A stretch of 64,000 bases of DNA from a virus (lineage: Duplodnaviria; Caudoviricetes), in IMG/VR virus record IMGVR_UViG_3300001598_000036, positions 1 through 64,000 of that record; one strand, 5' to 3'. Shown in pieces: positions 48,839 through 58,191 of this stretch (position 1 is its first letter; each line of letters begins with the position of its first letter). The position numbers and the translations under genes were made by a program. The notes beneath the pieces are model-generated. The model saw only the letters and a program-made list of their open reading frames with translations. It was not told the DNA's origin and did not search any database.

Positions 48839-50212
48839 ATGGCTGATATTAGTAAAATTAAGATTGGCGAAGGTGATGCGGTCAATTTAAAGGACGCTGC
48901 AGCTAGAGGAGATATCTCAACTCTCGTTGGAAGCCATTCAGTTGCCGCTCTTGGCGATGCTGCTTGGAAGGATATTGCTAGTGCTATTACTACTACAGAA
49001 ACAGGTCTCGCAACTGGTAAACAGGTTTACGATGCTATCCAAGGTATTGGACAGGCTCTTCACTTTGTTGGTATTGCTACTCAGCAAGAAGGCGAAACCG
49101 AACTTCAGGCTGTAGAAAGAACTTTCCCTGCTGCTCAGCAAACAGCTGGCGCAATCGCTATCTGCGGAGAAAAAGAATTTATCTGCGCTGGAAATGGAAC
49201 GGGCGGCGCAATGAAGTGGAATGAATTTGGTGATGTAAGTGCTTATGAAACTAAGGCTCACGCTGAAGCTACTTATACTCCAATGACAAGAACAATTGCA
49301 GGAGTTGATTTAGCAGATAATATCACTGCTACTGAAATGAAGACTGCATTAGAACTGAAGGGCCTTGCTTTTAAGGATAGTGCTTCTGGTTCAATTTCAA
49401 CTGCTGACAGTGGTACTGTTTCAGTTGGTAAAGCTGGAGATTATAATGTAAGCGCTCAGACAGTTGATGTTCCTGATACTTACAATGCTCTGGATGTAAC
49501 TCCTGCTGGTACAGTTGAAGTTACTAAGTCAAGTGCTGCTACTGCTTCATACAAGAAGACAACTGGTGTTACTGTAAGTGGAGCTACTGCAACTGGAGAA
49601 CAAACTCCTAACTATACTCCTGCTGGAACAGTTTCAAAACCAAATGTGACTGCTTCACTGACTCTTGCTGAGGGTTCAGTTGCTACTGTAACTGATGCTG
49701 GTACAGGATACTCATTAAGCGCTGGTAAGATTGAAGCTGATTCTGATACAAAAGCTAAATTCGTACAGGAAGCTGTTGTAATGCACGTTGGTGATACAAC
49801 TAAGTCAGAAGATGCAGAATGTCTGTATGTAGTAGCTGCTGAAAAGGGTGATGCTGTTACTGCTTCAAAAACTTGGACACTTACTAATCCAACTCTGAGC
49901 GGATCACTTCCAACATTCGGTTCAAAAGACGTTGTTATTAAAACTGGTACAAGTGTTGCTGCTGAACTGGCTGCTGCACCTACATTCACAGGTTCAGGCG
50001 CGGTTCTGAGCGCAGAAGCTGTTCTGTTAGATGCTGATGCAACTGTTACAGATGCTGTTTATACTGCAAGCTTCAGTGGTACTGCTGCTAAAGTTACTCC
50101 TTCAGTTAAGACTACTAAGAGTGGTGCAGTATCAACTGGTAGTGTTACTGTTGATAGTGAAACTGCAAACGTTACTCTGAGCACAAGTGCAAAGACTGTT
50201 ACTGTTTCTTAA
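48839..50212 (+). CDS. Ala/Thr-rich fibre or appendage protein
   Basis: TPAGTV repeats and high-expression codon bias. Confidence 0.65.
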   Translation: MADISKIKIGEGDAVNLKDAAARGDISTLVGSHSVAALGDAAWKDIASAITTTETGLATGKQVYDAIQGIGQALHFVGIATQQEGETELQAVERTFPAAQQTAGAIAICGEKEFICAGNGTGGAMKWNEFGDVSAYETKAHAEATYTPMTRTIAGVDLADNITATEMKTALELKGLAFKDSASGSISTADSGTVSVGKAGDYNVSAQTVDVPDTYNALDVTPAGTVEVTKSSAATASYKKTTGVTVSGATATGEQTPNYTPAGTVSKPNVTASLTLAEGSVATVTDAGTGYSLSAGKIEADSDTKAKFVQEAVVMHVGDTTKSEDAECLYVVAAEKGDAVTASKTWTLTNPTLSGSLPTFGSKDVVIKTGTSVAAELAAAPTFTGSGAVLSAEAVLLDADATVTDAVYTASFSGTAAKVTPSVKTTKSGAVSTGSVTVDSETANVTLSTSAKTVTVS

Positions 50213-50276
50213 TCCGAACAATAATGTGTTTTATGAGAGGAATGGAAACATTCCTCTCTTTATTTAGGAGAATATT

Positions 50277-50411
50277 ATGGATATTTCAAAGATTCAAATG
50301 CCTAATGGAGAAGAATATAATATTAAAGACGCAGAAGTGCGCCATATGATAGCAGTTTTATTAGGTCAAGAATCTAATGAAACTAATGAAGATAAAGGAG
50401 AAGAAGAATAA
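50277..50411 (+). CDS. 44-aa protein made mainly of the shared DISKI..Y.IKD motif
   Basis: AGGAG RBS, coupled to the next gene. Confidence 0.6.
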   Translation: MDISKIQMPNGEEYNIKDAEVRHMIAVLLGQESNETNEDKGEEE

Positions 50412-51550
50412 TGGCTGATATATCGAAAATTAAATTACCGGGTATGACCGATGCGTATAATGTCAAAGATACAACAGCTAGAACTAATGCAGCAACTGCT
50501 CAATCAACTGCAGAAGCAAAAGTAGCTAAATCTGGCGACACAATGACTGGCGCATTAGTACTTAGTGGAGCGCCAACAGAAAATCTTCACGCTTCAACTA
50601 AAAAATATGTAGATGATGCAATTGCTGGAATTTCTGGCGGAATGATATTCAAAGGTACTTTAGGTACTGGTGGTACAATTTCTACTTTACCTGCTGCAGC
50701 TGCCGCAAATAAAGGACATATGTATAAAGTAATAACTGATGGTACATATGCTGGAATTGCTGCTAAAGTAGGAGATTTATTTATTTCAGATGGTAGTACT
50801 TGGGTTCATATTCCATCTGGTGATGAACCAAGTGGAACAGTTACTAATATAGCAACTGGAACTGGATTAACAGGTGGTCCTATTACTACTAGTGGAACAA
50901 TTGCTATTGATGAAAATGTAGTAGCTAAAAAAGGTGATGGAATTACAGGTACTGTAACTCCATTAGGTTCAAATGCTGCTTCAAGTGTATCATTTAGTGG
51001 TACTGTAGCAAGCGCAAGTTCATTAAAGACTGCTGGTTCAGCTGGTACTATGGCCGCCATAGATGTTTCTAAGTTTAATGGAGGTACCCCAACTGCCGTT
51101 ACAATGGCTACTATTGATACTACTAAATTTAGTGGCGGTTCATTAAGTGCTGGTTCATTTAATGGTGGTTCTGGTTCATTTACACAAGGAGCTGATGAAT
51201 ATCAAACTACTACTTATGATGTAACCAATGAAGTATTGACGATTACTGCTGGCTCATTTACTCAAGGAACTGATAGTCATACTCATACTGCGGCAACCCA
51301 TACTCAGGGTACTCTTACACCAGCTGCACTTGGGACTGGATTCTACACTGCTGGTTCAGTTACTGATGGTACTGCTGCAAGTCTTGGAGCTGGATTCTAT
51401 ACTGCTGGTACTGCTCCAACAATGCCAACATTTGATACTATTTCAAATATTGTTACTAAGAATACAACAGCTACTGCTGCTGCTCAAACATTTAGTGGTT
51501 CTGAAAGTACTGTTAGTGGTACTATTAATCTTCCACCTAGTATTGAATAA
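50411..51550 (+). CDS. Gly/Thr-rich tail fibre protein
   Basis: KSGDTMTGAL..A.TKKYVD and GTGLTGGPITTSGTI fibre motifs. Confidence 0.7.
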   Translation: MADISKIKLPGMTDAYNVKDTTARTNAATAQSTAEAKVAKSGDTMTGALVLSGAPTENLHASTKKYVDDAIAGISGGMIFKGTLGTGGTISTLPAAAAANKGHMYKVITDGTYAGIAAKVGDLFISDGSTWVHIPSGDEPSGTVTNIATGTGLTGGPITTSGTIAIDENVVAKKGDGITGTVTPLGSNAASSVSFSGTVASASSLKTAGSAGTMAAIDVSKFNGGTPTAVTMATIDTTKFSGGSLSAGSFNGGSGSFTQGADEYQTTTYDVTNEVLTITAGSFTQGTDSHTHTAATHTQGTLTPAALGTGFYTAGSVTDGTAASLGAGFYTAGTAPTMPTFDTISNIVTKNTTATAAAQTFSGSESTVSGTINLPPSIE

Positions 51551-51866
51551 TAATTTATGAAGAGATTGGATTTATTTCCAATCTCTTTTTTTATTTCGTT
51601 GGCGGCCGTCACAAAATTATGTACGAATTGTAGCCTATGTTTAGGACGTAGCGATCGGCCGCACCCAACGTAATTCTACTACATAAAACAATAAAAAAAT
51701 ATACGCATATAAAACTAATTCCTACTTATAAATAGAAGATTTGAAAACGATAATCTCAATTAAAATTCTTTTTACCTTTGGAACTGATTATGCGTAGAAG
51801 ATATATACACTACAAATGACATTATAATTCCAAAGGATAATAATGTCTTTTTTTATAGGAGAAATT

Positions 51867-52106
51867 ATGGCAAAGAATATAAAAACATATAAATCTGATA
51901 TAGTTGAAAACTGAGAAAAAGCAAAAAACTTTAGACCTAAACCAGGAGAACTAATCTGTTATTCTGATATACAACAATTTAAAATCGGAGAGCAAGATGA
52001 TACAAAAGAAGAAGGAATAGGAAAATTACTATCAGATTTAGAGTTTCTAGTTAAAGAAACAGAATATAATTATACAGTTAAAGAAAATATATTAATTATT
52101 AAATAG
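51867..52106 (+). CDS. small Mtd_N-like protein (TGA=Trp)
   Basis: ENW...NFRPKPGELICYSD..QFKIG. Confidence 0.6.
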
Positions 52107-52116
52107 GAGGAAAATA

Positions 52117-52596
52117 ATGGCAAATATATCACAAATTAAATTGCCTAATAATGATACGGTATATGATATAAAAGATGCAAATGCCATTTCAAAGAATTTA
52201 GGAATAGCGGCAGGAGATATAATTTATTTTACTAATACTTCTACTCCTGCTCGATTACCAAAAGGCACTAATGATCAAGTATTAACTTTAAAAAATGGTT
52301 TACCTGCTTGAGCAAATTCTACAGGAGGAGCTCAAGTTATAACATTAACTAATTTAACTATTACTACTAGTGATTGAAGTAGTGATTTAACATATGCAGC
52401 GTATCCTTATAAAGCTACTATTAATGCAAGTGGAGTGGATAATACTTTTACTCCAGAAATTATTTTATCAGTTGATGATGCTACAGAAGGTATTATTGCA
52501 CCAGTAGCATTAAGTGGAAATAGTAGTGTATCTTTATATGCTTCTGAATTGCCAACTAAATCTATAACTATAGCTACTGCGTTATTTATTAAATAA
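52117..52596 (+). CDS. fibre adaptor-like protein (TGA=Trp)
   Basis: Carries the shared N-terminal motif; its C-domain is homologous to the C-terminus of 42051-44462. Confidence 0.65.
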
Positions 52597-52607
52597 AGGA
52601 GAATAAA

Positions 52608-53444
52608 ATGTTAGGAGATGTTTCTACTTTTAATATTTCTGAAAAGAGATTAGTTAAAATATTAATCACTAATTTACCGAATAAGACTAATTATATTCAT
52701 GGAGAAATATTAGATTTAACAGGATTAGAAATTAGAGCATTATATAATTATGGTTCTTCACAAATTATTAATAATTATATTACTTCTCCAGCATCGGGAG
52801 CTTCGGTATCAACTAATGATACAAAAGTTGTTGTAAGTTATACAGAAAATAATATTACGTGTACTGCGGAATTTAATATTAATGTAAGACGACAGTTGAG
52901 TAGTATTCAATTATCTGGAACATATACTACATCATATTATGCTGGAGATGAATTAGATTTAGATGGGTTAGTAGTAACTGCTTATTATAATAATAATACA
53001 TCTCAAATTGTAACTAATTATACTTCTTCTCCAGTAGAAGGTACTATATTAACTACTTCTACAACTAATGTTATTATTTCTTATAGCGAAGAATCTGTTA
53101 CTAAAACAGCTCAATATAATATTACAGTAGAAGATCCAGTTAGAACAATTACTATTTCAGGAACAGGAAATAGTAGTTATTGTTATGTTAGTATTGATGG
53201 GTCAAAGAAAACTGCTTCAGGAAGCTATACAGTGGATAAAGGAGATACAATTATTTTCGGTGTATATGGTAGAAGCAGTACTTATTATGGAGAAGTAAAA
53301 ATTGATGACACACAAGTACTAAAAGTTACTAATCAAACAACTAAAACTTATAATTATATAGTAAATAATAATTTAACAATATCTTTATCTTATACTTCTA
53401 GTAGTTCAACTCGAAGAGGAAGAATTACTGTAATAACTTCATAA
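52608..53444 (+). CDS. bacterial Ig-like (Big) repeat protein
   Basis: Two K/T.Y..GE.LDL.GL.V.A.Y repeats. Confidence 0.75.
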   Translation: MLGDVSTFNISEKRLVKILITNLPNKTNYIHGEILDLTGLEIRALYNYGSSQIINNYITSPASGASVSTNDTKVVVSYTENNITCTAEFNINVRRQLSSIQLSGTYTTSYYAGDELDLDGLVVTAYYNNNTSQIVTNYTSSPVEGTILTTSTTNVIISYSEESVTKTAQYNITVEDPVRTITISGTGNSSYCYVSIDGSKKTASGSYTVDKGDTIIFGVYGRSSTYYGEVKIDDTQVLKVTNQTTKTYNYIVNNNLTISLSYTSSSSTRRGRITVITS

Positions 53445-53457
53445 AGAGGAGAAAACA

Positions 53458-55515
53458 ATGATAGGAAGAACAAACGCAGGAGGAAATGCAGCAAATACTA
53501 TTACTAGTATAATTATTACAACTCCTCCTACTAAAACAGTCTATAATGCTGGAGAAACAGTTGATTTAACTGGTATTATAGTAAAAGCAAATTGAAAAGA
53601 TGGCTCGCAAGAAACTATAACAAATTCTTGCACTTTTAATCCAGCTAGTGGTACAGTTATTTATGAAACAACTACTTCTATTGATATTTCATACTATGAT
53701 AAAATTACAGGAGTAACATTTAGAGCTTCACAAGATATTACTGTAAATAGAATACCTAATTCATTAGTAATTGTTTCAGAACCCACTAAAACTGAATACG
53801 AAGCTGGAGAAACTTTAGATTTAACAGGATTAATAGTAAAAATAATATACAACTCAGGAGCAGAAAATACTACAAGTAATTATACAACAAGTCCTGCAGG
53901 AGGAAGTGAATTAACAGGCGGTACAAGTAGCGTTTTAGTTAGTTATACAGAAAATAGTATTACAGTAAGTAATAGTTTTAATATTACTGTAAATATTGGT
54001 ATAGCTTTATGGAGTGATCCAAATGCTACAACAGCTGATTTATTAGCTACCATCGCAAAAGCAGAAAGTGGAAAAATTGATTTGTCTACTTATTGAAGTA
54101 TTGGTGATACGAGAACAGTTACACTTCCGGCGATTTCGACTACTTCGGGTACTTATGATGGTATTAATTGAAGTGTTGGAGAGACTCATACTTCGCAAAA
54201 AATTGATTTAGTATTGATGGATTACTTGCCTAATGGATTTAGTATTGATGGTTATAAACCATTGTATGTAGTAGGAATGAAAGATTCATTAGCTACTAAG
54301 GGATATATGAATTCATCAGACACTAATACTGGTGGTTGAAATTCTTCTAAACGTAGAGGATGATGTAATCAAGCATTTAAAACTGCTATTGATTCTGTAT
54401 TATCTGGAATTTTTAAACAGTTTAGTTGACAAACTGGTATTGGTGGAGGGGCATCTTCTGGATTGCAGAATGCTTGTAGTGATTATTTTGGGTTAACGCC
54501 AGAAAAATGTATATTTGGTTCTAGGAGTTATTCTATTACCGATGAAGCGAACTTATTTAATCAATGAGAATATTATACTACTTCATCAAATAGGATTAAA
54601 AAATTAGGTAAAACTGGTTCCACTACCAGTTGGTGAGAGTGTTCTCCTTCTTCAGGGAACTCCGACCGTTTCTGTTATGTCGACTACAACGGTTCCGCCT
54701 ACGGTTACATTGCGAGCGGTGCTAGTGGCTTAGCGCCTTTCGGCTGTATCGGCAAATCTACTACGATTGCTCCAAAATCATTCGCAAGTGCTACTGACGC
54801 AGAAATCACTGCGATGGTCGCCGCCCATGACGCTGGCCAAATCGATTTAACAGAAATTTGAAGCGTTGGTGACCAACGTACAGTTCAACTTTCTGCTATG
54901 ACAGCTACTGGCGTTGGAGAATCGCATGTAGCACAAAGTCAGACATTGGTGTTGATGGATTCTACATGTGATGGATTTACGATTACAGGAACGAATAAGA
55001 AACCAACTTTTATTGTTGGATTGAAGAATTTTTTAGCGAAGGGAACTAGTGAAGAATATGGATATATGAATTCAACCGATACTAATACTGGAGGATGAAA
55101 TTCTTGCGCTAGAAGAACTTGGTGTAATAATGTGTTTAAAAATGCTTTACCAAGTGCATTATTACCAGCATTTAAACAATTTACTTGGCAAATAGGTAGA
55201 GGTGGAGGAGCTACTTCTGGATTAATATCTTCTGATGATTATTTTGCTTTACCTCCGGGAAAAGCAATATTTGGTAGTACAACCCATTATGCTCAAACTG
55301 ATGAAGATAATTTATTTAATCAATGAGAATATTATACTACTAGTGCTAATAGAAAAAAATATCCAGGAGACAGTAGTACTTCCGCTGACTATTGGTGAGA
55401 GTGTTCTCCTTGTTCAGGGGACTCCTACGGTTTCTGTTATGTCGCCTACACCGGTGGCGCCGACTATTACTATGCGAGCGATACTAGTGGCTTAGCGCCT
55501 TTCGGCTGTATCTAA
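53458..55515 (+). CDS. DGR target receptor-binding protein: 2 Ig-like and 2 CLec-like domains (TGA=Trp)
   Basis: Two duplicated domains (WS.GD.RTV..GYMNS.DTNTGGW..WWECSP..GLAPFGCI), each ending in a variable repeat. Confidence 0.85.
54619..54750 (+). repeat. DGR variable repeat VR1
   Basis: Homologous to VR2 and TR, with differences at codon positions 1-2. Confidence 0.88.
55381..55512 (+). repeat. DGR variable repeat VR2
   Basis: At the 3' end of the target gene; shares its IMH-like end and downstream AAATCTACT with VR1. Confidence 0.9.
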
Positions 55516-55588
55516 AATCTACTAAATCTACTTATACGTAGAAAATAAATTCGTTATAACTTATTAAAAAGCAATATAAATCTAAATT

Positions 55589-56014
55589 ATGACTGTACCT
55601 ACATATAAAAGATCTGTTTCTCCAGCCCAATTTATAGAAGAAACACGACAATTAAATATACGATTAGGACAAATTATTATGAATTATCCTACAAAATATA
55701 GACAAAATTATGGTGATTTTTTAATTAAATCAGCTTTAAAGGCATTACAATTACTTCAAAGCGCTAATAAAATATTTATAACTAAAGAATTACCAAAAGA
55801 ATTAAAATTAATACGTTATAAAAAAATCATAGAAGCAGAGGGGATAATAGAGAATATTTCCTCTAGCTTTTCAATTTATGCAGGCCTTCTATCTAATAAA
55901 GATGGAATTAATAGAGAGAAATTAGCTAATCAAGAAGTAGAAATAGGAACACAATGTTTTAATATTATAAATCTTCTCGATGGCTTACAAAAAAGTGATA
56001 AAAAATATCACTAA
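55589..56014 (+). CDS. avd: DGR accessory protein Avd
   Basis: Basic helical 141-aa protein (MTVP..KRS...YP.KYR...SAN.I) between the target gene and TR. Confidence 0.75.
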   Translation: MTVPTYKRSVSPAQFIEETRQLNIRLGQIIMNYPTKYRQNYGDFLIKSALKALQLLQSANKIFITKELPKELKLIRYKKIIEAEGIIENISSSFSIYAGLLSNKDGINREKLANQEVEIGTQCFNIINLLDGLQKSDKKYH

Positions 56015-56031
56015 AGGTTATTTACTGCTAA

Positions 56032-56160
56032 ATCGCTAGCGTTTGGTGAGAGTGTTCTCCTTGTTCAGGGTACTCCTACGATTTCTGTTATGTCACCTAC
56101 AACGGTGACGCCTACACTATCAGTGCGAGCTATACTAGTGGCTTAGCGCCTTTCGGATGT
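56032..56160 (+). ncRNA. DGR template repeat position (TR), atypically depleted of AAY codons
   Basis: Non-coding third copy between avd and RT with a divergent IMH*-like 3' end (GGATGTAAA versus GGCTGTATC). Confidence 0.75.
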
Positions 56161-56311
56161 AAAATGTAGGTAGAAGAGTAGTATATATGAAATTATACCA
56201 TTAAAAATAATTAAAAATATTTTTATATTTTACAGGAGTGAATAAACCCAGTATTTATACTAAATTAGATTCATGATTTATATTGCTTTAACGTCAATTA
56301 TAAATATACAC

Positions 56312-57343
56312 ATGATGACTCAACCAACTTTTGAAGAAGTATTTACTCCATCTCATTTAATGGAGGCCGCGCATAAATGTTGTAATAACGTTAGATGAAA
56401 ACGTTCTACACAATTATTTGAATTAAATCAATCTATTGAAATTGCTAAACTATATAAAGAATTAATGAATGGAACATATATTTCTAAAGGATTTAATAAA
56501 TTTAGTATTATTGAAAGAGGTAAAAAACGTAATATTCAAGCAGTTCATATTACTGAACGAGTTGTTCAAAAATGTTTATGTACTTATTTTTTAAGACCTC
56601 TATTAGAACCAAAATTAATTATTGCAAATGCAGCTAGTTTACCTGGAAAAGGAACTGATTATAGTATTAATAGATTAAAAAAAGATTTAATTTCACATTA
56701 TAGAAAATATGGAAGAGAAGGCGGTATTTTATTATTAGATTATAAAGATTTTTTTAATTCTATTCCTCATATAAAAATTTTAAATATGTTAAAATATATG
56801 ATAGAAGATGAAAAAATTTTTGATTTAACTTCTAATTTTGTAACTGCTTTTAAAGGAGAGAAAGGATTAGGATTAGGTAGTGAAGTATCACAAATGTTAG
56901 CCATTTATTATCCTAATATTATAGATCATTATATTAAAGAACATTTATATATTAAAGGATATGGTAGATATATGGATGATAGTTATTTAATACATCAAGA
57001 TTTAAATTATTTAAAATATTGTTACAAAAAAATTTATAATTTAAATCAAGATTTACAATTATCAATGCATAAATGTAAAATAGTTAAATTTAATCAATAT
57101 TTTACTTTTTTAAAGAAAAAGTTTTTTATAACCAAAACAGGAAAAATTATTATAAATATAAAACGTCAAAATATTACACATCATAGAAATAAATTAAAAA
57201 AATTATATAAAAAAAGAGTAAATCCTATTCATTCCCATCAAGCGTGAAAAGGATATGCTTTAAATTACAATAGTTACAATACTGTACAAAAAATGGATTT
57301 ATTATATAATAATCTATTTACAGAGGAGGGAAAAAATGACTAA
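56312..57343 (+). CDS. DGR reverse transcriptase (TGA=Trp)
   Basis: ERGKKR, LLLDY.DFF.SI.H, GLGLGSEVSQ (DGR-type SQ), RYMDD, FTFL; 343 aa. Confidence 0.92.
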
Positions 57344-57515
57344 CGACGATAGATATGAAGTTATGAAAATGATTAAACAAGCAAAAGACGAACTTCGTAG
57401 AGAATTTTGAGATGAATCAAATAAAAATTGGGCTGATAAAGCCGAAACTAAAGAAAATGTTAATGATAATACTGATGCTATACTCGAACTCGCAGAAATA
57501 GTAGGAGGTAATTAA
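57336..57515 (+). CDS. small hypothetical protein (TGA=Trp)
   Basis: GAGGAGG RBS and a DAILELAEI ending typical of genes next to fibre modules. Confidence 0.6.
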
Positions 57516-57517
57516 TA

Positions 57518-57658
57518 ATGGCTAGTGCAATAGTAAAACTTTATGTAAAAAAAATAACGAGTGGTGCAATTAATGAAACAACAGGTCTTCCATGGACTAT
57601 TGAAGATGTACCAGAAAGATGGCGTGAAGAAGTTCGTAAAGAATTAGAAAATAGATAA
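57518..57658 (+). CDS. CD1375-like small protein
   Basis: WTIEDVPERWREEVRKEL motif. Confidence 0.65.
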   Translation: MASAIVKLYVKKITSGAINETTGLPWTIEDVPERWREEVRKELENR

Positions 57659-57708
57659 TAAATAAGAGAATACATTTTATATGTATTCTCTTTTTCTTTT
57701 TGTAAAAT

Positions 57709-57737
57709 TTGACTTCTTCTAAAAAATCTAGTATAAT
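57709..57737 (+). promoter_or_regulatory. sigma70-type promoter
   Basis: TTGACT-17-TATAAT following a terminator (57664-57700). Confidence 0.75.
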
Positions 57738-57764
57738 AAATATATAAAATCAAAGGAGGAATCT

Positions 57765-58157
57765 ATGAATATCCAATTAACAAAAGTAATAAACTTTAAT
57801 GAATTTCTTACAAAAATACAATCATACGAAATGTCTATTTCTCTCGCTTATAAAATCTATTCAATGGCAGAAGAAATAGATAAAGAAAATAAATTTTATT
57901 ATGAAAAATTACAAAAAATCATAAGCGAATATGCTAAAAAAGATGACGAAGGTGAGTATCAAATGTCCGAAGACGGAACTCAAATTCTAATCAAAGAAGA
58001 ATGTATTGAACAATGCAACAAAGAAATGGAAGAATTAAATACTTGTGAAGTAGAATTAAATATCCAAAAATTACAACTCAAAGAATTAGAAGCCATACCA
58101 GAATTAAAATTAACTCTCGCAGAACTCGCAAGTATTAAAGACTTTATCGAAGAATAA
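57765..58157 (+). CDS. hypothetical phage protein (DUF1617-like)
   Basis: Acidic helical ORF with its own promoter and RBS. Confidence 0.6.
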   Translation: MNIQLTKVINFNEFLTKIQSYEMSISLAYKIYSMAEEIDKENKFYYEKLQKIISEYAKKDDEGEYQMSEDGTQILIKEECIEQCNKEMEELNTCEVELNIQKLQLKELEAIPELKLTLAELASIKDFIEE

Positions 58158-58191
58158 AAAAAGAACTCTTTTAATAAGAGTTCTTTTTTTT
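58156..58191. terminator. bidirectional terminator
   Basis: A-tract-GAACTCTT/AAGAGTTC-T-tract between convergent genes. Confidence 0.8.

Noticed and set aside
51590-51860. Suppressor tRNA-Trp(UCA)
   Set aside because: No cloverleaf or T-loop recognised here or in other intergenic gaps; it may lie outside the window.
55235-55495. 86-aa ORF overlapping VR2
   Set aside because: Off-frame within the DGR target gene.
56312-57343. Group II intron or retron RT
   Set aside because: The SQ motif, short length without a maturase domain, and the avd plus repeat context indicate a DGR.
47400-58160. Lysis cassette or integrase after the tail genes
   Set aside because: No holin, endolysin or recombinase motifs recognised in the window.
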